The notes: generated by a model not told the origin, from the sequence alone. A DNA stretch of 63,579 nt, filler included, from 4 parts of 4 records of this genome joined end to end with filler, not necessarily neighbours in it; one strand, 5' to 3'. Shown: positions 34,299-43,584, counted from the whole stretch's first letter. Program-made: numbers and translations.

Positions 34299-34361
34299 CC
34301 CTTTGAAGGCGGTCCGACGTTTCGGGGGCGTGTGAAGGCTTGAGGGAAGGAGGGGGATGTT
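34299..34361 (-). repeat. REP-like element, family AACATCCCC...TTCAAAGGGGG, copy 1
   Basis: Its reverse complement aacatccccc...cccgaaacgtcggaccgccttcaaaggg matches copies at 38383-38433 and 39133-39212. Confidence 0.7.
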
Positions 34362-34491
34362 TCTACGCCCGAAGTACCATTCATCTATTTGAAATAGAAG
34401 GATAAGAAAGCGTAGCTACAACCTACGCTTAGGTTGGTTTAGTCATCCTCGTTACAAACGAGGACGAGATGAGGTTAAGTAAGTATATATG

Positions 34492-35373
34492 TTATCTAAA
34501 TATCGCCTTTTTATCAGTAATGTAAGATGGAGTTATATTTAATAATGCACGATCCTTTATATAGTAGCCATTTATAACGTAGACAAGATTAGAAAGTGTG
34601 ATTGGAAATTTAACTCCATCGTCAAAGATTTGATTAAGAAATTCATTTCTATCTACCCTAAGAATTTGTTTAATAAGGTTATCATCCGAGTTATTAATAA
34701 CCTTCATCAATGCGGGCTCAATTGGTTCATTGCTAACTCTTACTCTAAACTTGTTCCTCAACATAGCTGGAAGGTTTTTTGCCTTGTAGTGTTCATATGC
34801 CAGCTTGTCAAATAATGACAATATTGACCAATCGTTGGTCTCTAATGCTGCATACAATCCATTTAATGTTCTAGAGAGTTCTTGAAAATCTTCCCAATCC
34901 TCGCTGCATTTATATCTTAAGTCGTGTTCAATTTCATGCCATCCTTCTGATAGCATTGTTCGAATCTGTACTTCATAAGTGGTGTCTATATATCGATAAT
35001 CTCTAATTATTGTATCTGTAACCTCTTCCTGATAGTCTTTCTTAAGCCTAAAAATCAAATTGATTCTGTTTGGAGCAAATACTGTTTCTTCAGCCTCATC
35101 AATTGTTTCATCAACAAATTCAAATTTTGATTTTAGAGCTTTGTATACAAGAGGGATATCATCTTTGAAGTATAGAACAACTCTGATCCCAATTAGATCT
35201 TGCATCAACTTTCCATTGGAATCTAGGTGGTACTTTTTCCGCTCCAGTTTTCTTTTTAATGACTCCTCAGATTTCGCACGATCAAAAATTCTAAACAGTA
35301 ATCCAATTCTTTCCAGCTCTGATTCAATTTCAGACGAAATACCTCTCGCAATTCTGTCTAACCCAGCATTCAT
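34492..35373 (-). CDS. RelA/SpoT-family (small alarmone synthetase-like) nucleotidyltransferase with a helical C-terminal extension
   Basis: RAKSEESLKRK, QDLIGIRVV and YEVQIRTMLSEGWHEIEHDLRYK synthetase motifs; no HD hydrolase domain. Confidence 0.9.
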   Translation of the reverse strand: MNAGLDRIARGISSEIESELERIGLLFRIFDRAKSEESLKRKLERKKYHLDSNGKLMQDLIGIRVVLYFKDDIPLVYKALKSKFEFVDETIDEAEETVFAPNRINLIFRLKKDYQEEVTDTIIRDYRYIDTTYEVQIRTMLSEGWHEIEHDLRYKCSEDWEDFQELSRTLNGLYAALETNDWSILSLFDKLAYEHYKAKNLPAMLRNKFRVRVSNEPIEPALMKVINNSDDNLIKQILRVDRNEFLNQIFDDGVKFPITLSNLVYVINGYYIKDRALLNITPSYITDKKAIFR

Positions 35374-37487
35374 TACTTAATTCTTTTTTTAACTTCCTCA
35401 AGCTTATTCATACTTAAATGAACATCCATGCCATTAACTACTAAATACCCATTCTTGGCTAGGTTTTGAATCTCATTTTGAACTGTTTTTCGTTTTGCCT
35501 TATCATACTCTTTAATAAGGTGCAATAATTTTTGCGTTCTATGTTTACTTTCTAGTTCATAGATTTTTTTGAGGATTTCATTTTGAAAGATTTCATCAGC
35601 AGTGTATTCTTCTTCTAGGAAATGTCTTGAATTATAATAGAAAATATTGCAATCGGTTTCAGTACAGGAAATTGATGAGTTCTCGGTCTTATAGTCTAGA
35701 TAATCACCTCCAATAACTTCACACGAGTCAAAATGACATTGAATAAATGTAGAGCCTTTAAATGCTGAGATTTGAAATTTACACTTCTTGAATTTGCAGC
35801 TAATAAATACGGTAGAGTCTATTGTGCAACTTTCATCAAAGAAGACTTGGTAAGCTTGAATCGAAGTTACGGTGGTACTTTTTATGGGCCGAAGCAACTT
35901 TCCTCTCAATGTGACGTCAAAGTTGAAAAGTACATTTGTAGGAAATTTATGCTTTAGCAACTCTACTTTATCCCAAAGCAGCTTCTTATTGGCACTATTC
36001 TGAACCCTGAACGCAGTAGCTCCTAGCTCTACCATATAAGCAGAGAAATTCTTTTCAATTTCTTGAGGGCTTGTTTCACACATTATCTCCCCAATGAAAT
36101 TTCCAAATACAAAGTCATTTATAAAACCAACTTGATTTTCTTCTCTTCCTTTTCTGTCCAGAATTGCATGGTTTATTAATTTATCACTTATGGTATCGAT
36201 TGATGGACTACCAGGGTAAGCTTTTAGTGCTTTTTCTAAGATTTTGCGATTTTCGTCTTCTATAACATCGCGCATAAATTGTCTTTTTTCAGATGATAGG
36301 TCAAACTGAATAAGCATTTTTACCACGTTTTTGAAAATCTGGTATTGATCATATGGATCGATGTAAAGCTCTTGGCGTGCTTTTTCTCTCTCCATTAATG
36401 AGAAAAAGTATTTTTGGACAATTAGGTCGGGCTCTAGTAAGTGGTTATTAAAATCGTCTTTTGTGAGATTTCTTAAATAGGTTAATAATACAGGGTTTGC
36501 TATTTGATCTATTGGGATATTTTTTTCTTTAACCTCATTTACTCTTTCTTTTCCTAGCCAATCTTTGATCCTAGGTATTTCAATTGTAAATCGGTTTACT
36601 TGAAAGGCGTTTTTCCATCTTTTAAACCAATCCCTAAATTCAGATCCTCCAAAAATCGCCGTTTTTCTTGTTGTTAGTATTAGTTTGGCTTTTCCCGTTA
36701 GCATCTTACCAATTGTATCAAGCATGGGTTCAACTTCACCAAATACTTCATGCTCCTGGTCAGACACTAAATCAGATTTGTGTAACAATTCATCAAAGCC
36801 ATCTATTATTAGAGGAATCCTGCCACTTTGAATTTCATGCTTAACGAGTTTTGAATCTAAATTTGGATATTCACGATCTATTTCATCCAATAGGATATAT
36901 CTGAAAATATTAGCTCCTCGATTTCTTGACAGCTCTGTCATTATTGGATTGCCACAATCACCATTATTAGTTAGGCTATTTAATATTTCATAAGAAGTAC
37001 AAGTTTTACCATATCCAGCGGCAGCTTCTATAATTATTAGTTGAGGTGATGATGACCTGAGATATCTCCTTATTTCAGTAATTATATCAGTTGAGGGGTT
37101 CTCATTATTAATTTGATATTGTGAGTTAATGTATTTGTAGGGCGTACCACCGTTTAATTTGGTTTGATTCTTTGAAAAAAGCTTGTACTTAGATTTTAAT
37201 CTTTTTAATGTGGATTGGTATGCAAAAAAGCTTTTATATAGCTCATCAGCAGCTTCATCAATATTATTTATTTTTCTTATTTGAACGGCATAACCACCAT
37301 CTGCATACTCTTTCCTTATTTTCTCAATTTCAGACTCTGTCTCAGAGTTATTTTTAATAGGGATTATATCAACACCGAAATAGCGACCTTCTTCATACAA
37401 ATAAACACGCAGGTTGTCATTAGTCGCTTTTTTCTTGTATCCGTATTTTGAGTAAACATTATCTAATTCAGATATATTAATTGGCAT
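35373..37487 (-). CDS. STAND/NACHT-type P-loop NTPase with pentapeptide-like repeats and a possible C-terminal winged helix
   Basis: Walker A IIIEAAAGYGKT, Walker B LIIDGFDE, LILTTR sensor and NPVLL motif; STVFISCKFKKCKF...STFIQCHFDSC repeats. Stop overlaps the next start (TAATG). Confidence 0.85.
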   Translation of the reverse strand: MPINISELDNVYSKYGYKKKATNDNLRVYLYEEGRYFGVDIIPIKNNSETESEIEKIRKEYADGGYAVQIRKINNIDEAADELYKSFFAYQSTLKRLKSKYKLFSKNQTKLNGGTPYKYINSQYQINNENPSTDIITEIRRYLRSSSPQLIIIEAAAGYGKTCTSYEILNSLTNNGDCGNPIMTELSRNRGANIFRYILLDEIDREYPNLDSKLVKHEIQSGRIPLIIDGFDELLHKSDLVSDQEHEVFGEVEPMLDTIGKMLTGKAKLILTTRKTAIFGGSEFRDWFKRWKNAFQVNRFTIEIPRIKDWLGKERVNEVKEKNIPIDQIANPVLLTYLRNLTKDDFNNHLLEPDLIVQKYFFSLMEREKARQELYIDPYDQYQIFKNVVKMLIQFDLSSEKRQFMRDVIEDENRKILEKALKAYPGSPSIDTISDKLINHAILDRKGREENQVGFINDFVFGNFIGEIMCETSPQEIEKNFSAYMVELGATAFRVQNSANKKLLWDKVELLKHKFPTNVLFNFDVTLRGKLLRPIKSTTVTSIQAYQVFFDESCTIDSTVFISCKFKKCKFQISAFKGSTFIQCHFDSCEVIGGDYLDYKTENSSISCTETDCNIFYYNSRHFLEEEYTADEIFQNEILKKIYELESKHRTQKLLHLIKEYDKAKRKTVQNEIQNLAKNGYLVVNGMDVHLSMNKLEEVKKRIK

Positions 37488-37618
37488 AACGGTGATTAAA
37501 GGAGTGGAAAATGTTATCTCGTTAAGTTAAATATTATTAGAACAAGAAAAAATATTCATTGAATGGTTGATATTTCACTCCCTCTAGCACAAGCGGACGC
37601 TTGTGCTTTCATCTATGA

Positions 37619-37648
37619 AGATACCGCATCGTGGTGCGGTATGACAGA
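37619..37648. repeat. REP-like palindrome AGATACCGCATC..GTGCGGTATGACAGA (second copy at 39458-39486)
   Basis: Near-identical hairpin copies at 37619 and 39458. Confidence 0.75.
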
Positions 37649-37705
37649 TAAATGGTGTCATGCCCTCCTTAGAAATAGCATTCTACACTATGTTTGAGAT
37701 GAGAT

Positions 37706-38281
37706 ATGAAAAAAATAGTTGTTCTCCTTCTCGGTCTTTTAGTGCTTTTCTTTCTCGTAGAGAGGGTCTACAGGTTTGTTGAGTCCGACAAATGTCTTGA
37801 TAGGGGAGGAAGCTGGAACTACGCAAAGGACACTTGTGATTATGGACTTAACGTAAAGTATGAGGGTTATTGGATTACAGATTTTAAATCGCTATTTGAT
37901 ACATCTTCAATTGAAGAGAGTTTTGAGCTTGAACCGACCATTCGATATACCATAGAAACGGATAGTGGTTCATATGATCACATATACAAGGGGGACACGC
38001 TGATCGATATTCGCTTATCGAATGAAATTGACCTAATGGAATTTAGGTTTACTGATGATATTAAAGGAGTTCTAAATTACTTTTCCTGGGATTCAACAAC
38101 GAATATTTCTATTACTGAACCCAGTATTGTTTTCTACTCGTCTCGTTTTGAGTTCTTGGCATATGATAAAGTAAGATTGATGGATGATCAGGAATTCTCG
38201 GATACCTTAGATATTAGATCATTAAAGCCTGATGTAATAAAAATTGGAATGGATACACTTTATAGATTTAATATTCAATAA
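37706..38281 (+). CDS. Hypothetical membrane-anchored or exported protein
   Basis: N-terminal hydrophobic segment; CLDRGGSWNY...C motif. Confidence 0.65.
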   Translation: MKKIVVLLLGLLVLFFLVERVYRFVESDKCLDRGGSWNYAKDTCDYGLNVKYEGYWITDFKSLFDTSSIEESFELEPTIRYTIETDSGSYDHIYKGDTLIDIRLSNEIDLMEFRFTDDIKGVLNYFSWDSTTNISITEPSIVFYSSRFEFLAYDKVRLMDDQEFSDTLDIRSLKPDVIKIGMDTLYRFNIQ

Positions 38282-38382
38282 CCTTCACTAGGGCAAGCGT
38301 CCGCTTGTGCTTTATTATAACTTAAAATCAATGCACCTCCCTCTCCAGCCTTCGTTGGTGTTGTTACCAACGAACGTGCAAT

Positions 38383-38433
38383 AACATCCCCCTGCTCTCG
38401 CTCAATCCCGACGCACCCCCCTTCAAAGGGGGA
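38383..38433 (+). repeat. REP-like element, copy 2
   Basis: aacatccccctg...ccccccttcaaaggggga. Confidence 0.7.
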
Positions 38434-38606
38434 ATTAGTTCTTAAAAGGAGAATAACTTCTGAGATCAAGGCACTTCCCTTAGCGATTTAGACGATCCTG
38501 CAGGTTGGGCTTTTGGCGTACTTCCGCTACTTTTAATGCTACGGTGGGTACACAGTCGGATAGATTGGCTTGTGCCTCATCAATCATACCTAAACGACTG
38601 CATGCA

Positions 38607-39023
38607 ATGAGCGAATTACCTTTTGAATACTGGAATAAACTCTCCAATCATTTCATTCTAATATCTGTGTTTCTTGGTGGTTTTTCCATCGCATTAACGG
38701 CCAACCTACTGATCAATAAATCGAATGATCGACTTCAGAATACTATTTTGAAATTGGCTACTACTTCATCCGGAGGCTTCCTCACGGCTGTTTTTGGCAT
38801 GACAAATATCTTGATGGTAACCACACAGGGCTACCCTGTTGAGGTGACTCAAGATGATTTAAATATGCCCAGGTTCATTGGGTTCCTGGGATATTTGGTT
38901 GGTGTTCTATCGCTGTTCACCATTATCGGATTGTCTGGCTGGACAAAGTCCAGGGGAACAGGAATTTTCACAACGGTCGTTAGCGTAATTACATTGATCC
39001 TCTTTATCATTTTAGTTTCTTAG
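38607..39023 (+). CDS. Hypothetical small multi-pass membrane protein (about 4 TM segments)
   Basis: ATG 38607 gives MSELPFEYW; four hydrophobic stretches. Confidence 0.7.
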   Translation: MSELPFEYWNKLSNHFILISVFLGGFSIALTANLLINKSNDRLQNTILKLATTSSGGFLTAVFGMTNILMVTTQGYPVEVTQDDLNMPRFIGFLGYLVGVLSLFTIIGLSGWTKSRGTGIFTTVVSVITLILFIILVS

Positions 39024-39132
39024 TCGGGATAGATGCTGAAACAAGTGCGGGCGGCTAGTCTCAGCATGACTTAATATTCTTTGTTTGGTGCGAATAATGT
39101 AAGAAAGTCACCCTGAATTTATTTCAGGGTCG

Positions 39133-39212
39133 AACATCCCCAGCTTTCGCTCTGGCCGACACACCCTCGAATCGTCGAACCGCCCGAAGCGTCGGACCGT
39201 TTCAAAGGGGGA
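39133..39212 (+). repeat. REP-like element, copy 3
   Basis: aacatcccc...cgaagcgtcggaccgtttcaaaggggga. Confidence 0.7.
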
Positions 39213-39492
39213 TTGGATCAAGGCGGATTGCTTTGCGATTTAGACGGGACAGAAGCCGACACAACGTAAGGCGGATGGCGCGAATATCAGTGGAGGTGGA
39301 ATGGAGGGTGGTCTCTGCTGGATTTAGAGAGATGGTGCCAATTCCATTGTGGATTACGTCGTTGACTGGATTAACTGACTGTCATGCCGTTCTCCGAAAC
39401 GGCATCTTCCATAACTAAAGCGGAAGATTCAGTATTGCTATTACATGCTATAGTGGAAGATACCGCATCAAGTGCGGTATGACAGATTAGGG

Positions 39493-40584
39493 TTACAAAA
39501 CCTCCTCCAATGCCTGGATGCACATTTGGTTTTCTTCGGGGCGGCCGACGGAGATGCGGATGCAGTGGCTGATGGGGTCGTAGAGTGGGCGTACGAGCAC
39601 GCCGCGTTCCATGAGCGCATTGAAGATCTTCATCACTTCGTCTTTGTCCTTCCAGACGGTCATCACAAAGTTGGCGTAGGAGGGGACGTAGCGGATGCCG
39701 AGCCGGTCGAATTCCTTGTAGAGGTACTTGAGCTGCTGGGTGTTGTTGTCGATGGATTTTTTGAGGAAGGCGGTATCCTGTAGCGCGCCAATGCCGGCGG
39801 CCTGTGCCAGTGCGGTGGGCTCAAAGGTGAGCTTTACCTTGTTGAGCGCATCGATGATCTTTTCATGTCCGATTCCGAATCCGAGTCGTACGCCGGCGAT
39901 CCCGTAGGCTTTACTGAAGGTGCGCAGCGTCAGGATGTTTGGGTAGTCCATCTCGAGGGAATTGGGGAAGTCGGGGAGCAGCGCCTCGGAGTATTCGAAG
40001 TAGGCTTCATCCACGATCACGAGGATATGGTCGGGGACGTGCTGCATAAAGCTGTCGAGCTCCTGCTGGGTGATCATGGTGCCGGTCGGGTTGTTGACGT
40101 TGGCGAGGTAGATCACTTTGGTGTTCCGGTTGATCCGGCTTTTGATGGCTTCCAGGTCGAAGGCGTAGTTGTCGGTCATCGGCATGGCGACACACCGCAC
40201 ATTGTTGATGCGGGCCCAGTTGTAGATGATCACAAAGCCTCCTTCGGAGGTGAGGAACTCATCGTCTCCGGTGCACATCGCGCGGATGGCGTGCATGAGC
40301 ACGGACTCTGAGCCATTGCCCATGAAAATTTGGTTTTCTGACTTGCCGTATCGTTTGGCCAGGGCAGCTTTCAGGTCACGGGAGACCGGGTCGGGGTAGT
40401 AGTTGATGGATTCATACGCATCGATCACCGCCTGCTTGGACTTGGGCGAGTAGCCGAGCGTGTTTTCGTTGTTCCAGAGGATGGCGACCTTTTCCCAGCC
40501 ATATTCTTCCTTTAGCTGTGGGATGGTCTTGCCTGGCTGGTAGCTTTTGATTGCTGCGATGTGGTCAGGTATTTGTACGTTCAT
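39493..40584 (-). CDS. hisC: HisC/Pat-family PLP aminotransferase
   Basis: NEN, YYPDP, GNGSE, NNPTG, VDEAYFEY and LRTFSKAYGIAGVRLG motifs. Confidence 0.85.
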   Translation of the reverse strand: MNVQIPDHIAAIKSYQPGKTIPQLKEEYGWEKVAILWNNENTLGYSPKSKQAVIDAYESINYYPDPVSRDLKAALAKRYGKSENQIFMGNGSESVLMHAIRAMCTGDDEFLTSEGGFVIIYNWARINNVRCVAMPMTDNYAFDLEAIKSRINRNTKVIYLANVNNPTGTMITQQELDSFMQHVPDHILVIVDEAYFEYSEALLPDFPNSLEMDYPNILTLRTFSKAYGIAGVRLGFGIGHEKIIDALNKVKLTFEPTALAQAAGIGALQDTAFLKKSIDNNTQQLKYLYKEFDRLGIRYVPSYANFVMTVWKDKDEVMKIFNALMERGVLVRPLYDPISHCIRISVGRPEENQMCIQALEEVL

Positions 40585-40626
40585 TGGTTGCGAGTGAATA
40601 CTACGTGTGACTTAATATAAACAGTT

Positions 40627-41043
40627 TTATTCTTCAATCTCCCACCGCTCTTCTTTTCTAAAAACCACTCCTTTAAACAGTCCAACGAGCTCATTGTTTC
40701 GTGTAACGCGCACAATGTATTGGCCCAGGCTTTTGGAGATGCTTTCCTTTTCAGCAGTGGCGATCAGCTCATCACCCTCGAAAATCGGTTTGATGTGATT
40801 GATCGACGTTTCAATGGAAACCGCTTTTTGTCCGTGGGAGTTCGAGGCAAATGCAAAAGCAGAATCAGCCAATGAAAAAGAGATGCCTCCATGCGCCACG
40901 CGGTGACCGTTGAGCATTTCTTCCCGTACGGTCATCTTAATTTGGGCATAGCCTTCCCGCACTTCGAGCACGTCTACTCCCAGCCATTGACTGAAGGAGT
41001 CGTTGGCCATCATTTGGGACACTATGTCATTCGCTTTGCTCAT
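40627..41043 (-). CDS. paaI: Hydroxyphenylacetyl-CoA thioesterase (hotdog fold)
   Basis: NGHRVAHGGISFSLADSAFAFASNS motif; paa gene context. Confidence 0.9.
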   Translation of the reverse strand: MSKANDIVSQMMANDSFSQWLGVDVLEVREGYAQIKMTVREEMLNGHRVAHGGISFSLADSAFAFASNSHGQKAVSIETSINHIKPIFEGDELIATAEKESISKSLGQYIVRVTRNNELVGLFKGVVFRKEERWEIEE

Positions 41044-41051
41044 TCCTTGTT

Positions 41052-41093
41052 TGGTTACTAGTTGCTAGTTGCTAGTTGCTGGTCACTAGTCAA
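41052..41093. repeat. Tandem 7-bp repeats (TAGTTGC-like)
   Basis: tggttac tagttgc tagttgc tagttgc tggtcac tagtcaa. Confidence 0.7.
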
Positions 41094-41201
41094 CTAATTT
41101 ACTAATCATCCATTTAGATTTGGTCATTTTTTTGTTGTCTGCTTCGAGGGCCTCAGCATGACAACAGTGGGAGTGTCACCCTGAGGTTCTCGAAGGGTGT
41201 A

Positions 41202-42359
41202 TCAATAAAACGTTTTCCCCTCCTCTTTCATTCTTCGCAACAGCGGGCTGCAACGGTAGCGGTCTTCTCGGTACTCGTCGTACAGGGCTTCCATTTTCTC
41301 CACGCACCAGTCGATTCCTTTTTCATCGGCCCACTTCAGCAATCCTTTCGGGTAATTCACTCCTTTGGTCATGGCCGTATCAATGTCTTCCCGGCTGGCG
41401 ATGTTCAGGAACAGTGCATCTGCCGCTTCGTTGATGAGCATGGCTAGGGTGCGATCGAGAATGGCTTGCCCTAATTTCTCGTCCTTTTTCGGTTCCGGTT
41501 TCTCAGCTCCCTCTGCATAATCGTAATACCCTCGATCTGATTTACGCCCCAGGAATCCGGCTTCCGACATACGTTTCTGCGTGAAGGACGGTCGGTAGCG
41601 TGGATCGTAGAAGAACGATGCAAAAACCGTTTCCGTTACCGTATAGTTAATGTCGTTTCCGATGAAGTCCATCAGCTCGAATGGTCCCATGCGGAAGCCG
41701 CCCAGCTCTTTCATCGCCCAGTCGATCGTGGCGAAATCGGCTATGCCTTCTTCGTACATGCGCAGCGATTCTCCGTAAAATGGTCGGGCCACCCTGTTCA
41801 CAATGAAGCCCGGCGTGTCTTTGGCCAGCACGGTCAGTTTCTTCCAGCTGTCGACCCAGTCTTTGGCTTGTTGGGTGGTGGCCTCTACCGTTTGTACAGC
41901 AGGGATGATTTCTACCAGGGGCATCAAGGGAGCGGGATTGAAAAAGTGAATGCCCACAAATCTGGACGGGTCTTTCAGTGCCGATCCGATGGAGGCCAGC
42001 GAAAGCGAGCTGGTATTGGACGCAATGATGGTGTCTTCGCGTACAATCTCTTCGACGGCTTTAAATACTTTTTGCTTGATCTCCAGGTTTTCAACGATCG
42101 CCTCGATCACCAAATCAGAGTTTTCGAAGTACTGCTGGTCTTCTGTGAAGTCGATCCGTCCGAGGATTTTGTCTGCCGTTTCCTGATCGATCTTTTCTTT
42201 TTCCACCAGTCGGTTCATCACCTTGACCAGGCTGGCAGATGATTTCTCAAGAATGTCACTGTTGGTATCGTTGATCACCACATCCCATCCGGCTGTGGCG
42301 GCTACCTGCGCTATGCCGGTTCCCATGGTTCCAGCTCCTATCACACTTAATTTTGGCAT
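41202..42359 (-). CDS. paaH: 3-hydroxyacyl-CoA (3-hydroxyadipyl-CoA) dehydrogenase
   Basis: GAGTMGTGIA, EAIVENL, SNTSS, HFFNP and PGFIVNR motifs; lies between paaG and paaI. Confidence 0.88.
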   Translation of the reverse strand: MPKLSVIGAGTMGTGIAQVAATAGWDVVINDTNSDILEKSSASLVKVMNRLVEKEKIDQETADKILGRIDFTEDQQYFENSDLVIEAIVENLEIKQKVFKAVEEIVREDTIIASNTSSLSLASIGSALKDPSRFVGIHFFNPAPLMPLVEIIPAVQTVEATTQQAKDWVDSWKKLTVLAKDTPGFIVNRVARPFYGESLRMYEEGIADFATIDWAMKELGGFRMGPFELMDFIGNDINYTVTETVFASFFYDPRYRPSFTQKRMSEAGFLGRKSDRGYYDYAEGAEKPEPKKDEKLGQAILDRTLAMLINEAADALFLNIASREDIDTAMTKGVNYPKGLLKWADEKGIDWCVEKMEALYDEYREDRYRCSPLLRRMKEEGKTFY

Positions 42360-43138
42360 TACTCTCCTTTAAATTCAGGTTTTCGTTTCTTGATGAAGGC
42401 TTGCACGCCTTCTTTGTAATCGTATGTTTCGGTGGCTTTGAACTGCCACTCTTTTTCCAGTTCCAGCTGCTGGTTCAGGTCATTGGTGAATGACTGATTC
42501 AACAGGTGCTTCGTATAGGCCAGTCCTTTGGTTGGCATGTTGGCGAGGGTCTGAGCGATCTTTTCGGCTTCTTCTGCAAAGGAATCATCAGGGAATACCT
42601 TGTAGATCATGCCCATCTTTTCAGCATCCGTTGCGGATACTTTGTCGCCCAGCATCATCAATGCAGAGGCTTTGCCAAACCCGATAATTCGAGGCAGGGT
42701 AAATGTCCCTCCACTGTCAGGCACCAATCCGATTTTGCTGAATGCCTGAATGAAGGCTGAGGACGCTGTAGCTACACATACGTCACAGGCCAGTGCGATA
42801 TTGGCACCTGCACCCGCAGCGACTCCATTCACCGCGGCGATGATCGGTTTCTCAATCGTTCGAATCTGCTTGATGATCGGGTTGTAGTGCTCGTCTACAA
42901 TCTGCTCGATCTCCAGTCCATTGTCGGCGATGGCTTCCTGCAGGTCCTGTCCGGCACAGAATGCTTTGCCATTTCCGGTAAGCATAATCGCTCGCACGGA
43001 ATCATCTTTAGCAAAATCATCCAATGCTTTTTGGACGGCCATAGCCAGCTCTTTATTGAAGCTATTGAAGACATCAGGACGGTTGAACGTCAGGATGCCG
43101 AGGGTGTCTTTTTTGGTTATTTGAAGGGTGTCTGACAT
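42359..43138 (-). CDS. paaG: Ring-1,2-epoxyphenylacetyl-CoA isomerase (crotonase family)
   Basis: FCAGQDL, AAGAGANIALACD and FIQAFSKIGLVPDSGG motifs. Confidence 0.88.
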   Translation of the reverse strand: MSDTLQITKKDTLGILTFNRPDVFNSFNKELAMAVQKALDDFAKDDSVRAIMLTGNGKAFCAGQDLQEAIADNGLEIEQIVDEHYNPIIKQIRTIEKPIIAAVNGVAAGAGANIALACDVCVATASSAFIQAFSKIGLVPDSGGTFTLPRIIGFGKASALMMLGDKVSATDAEKMGMIYKVFPDDSFAEEAEKIAQTLANMPTKGLAYTKHLLNQSFTNDLNQQLELEKEWQFKATETYDYKEGVQAFIKKRKPEFKGE

Positions 43139-43294
43139 GTGGGTAATGTTTGTGTTGGCGAAGTTAAAAGATTTGTGGTTTTTGCCTTAGGCCGGCAGGC
43201 CCCTACTTTTTCTTGATAAAAAGTAGGCAAAAATCAAGGCTGATTCAGAAATGACTAAAAATGTCTCATTACGCCTAAAATCCTCGAAACTCGC

Positions 43295-43394
43295 NNNNNN
43301 NNNNNNNNNNNNNNNNNNNNNNNNNNNNNNNNNNNNNNTTAATTAATTAANNNNNNNNNNNNNNNNNNNNNNNNNNNNNNNNNNNNNNNNNNNN
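43295..43394. other. Artificial contig spacer
   Basis: N44-TTAATTAATTAA-N44. Confidence 0.99.
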
Positions 43395-43584
43395 CGCCTG
43401 TGTGTCCTTCATAAAAAAATGCCCTGACGGGCAAATGTGAGCGGCAAAATTAGCAACATTTGTAAAACCTGAGAAATGACACTATCCGATTGAGTAATCG
43501 TGTATTTAAGTTGATAAATTATACTTATAATCTTTTCCTCCTAAACAATATCGACAAAGCCTCATGTTCTACCTTCTATTCTGT

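Noticed and set aside
21980-35373. Functional link between the eukaryotic RelA-like domain and the bacterial RelA/SpoT gene
   Set aside because: They are on different contigs from different domains of life; proximity comes from concatenation.
37560-39490. CRISPR array or integron attC array
   Set aside because: Repeats are heterogeneous and irregularly spaced; no cas or integrase gene, and no convincing attC core sites identified.
38275-39783. ORFs 38275-38469, 39233-39418 and 39472-39783
   Set aside because: They run through REP elements or lie antisense to the aminotransferase, with no protein-like features.
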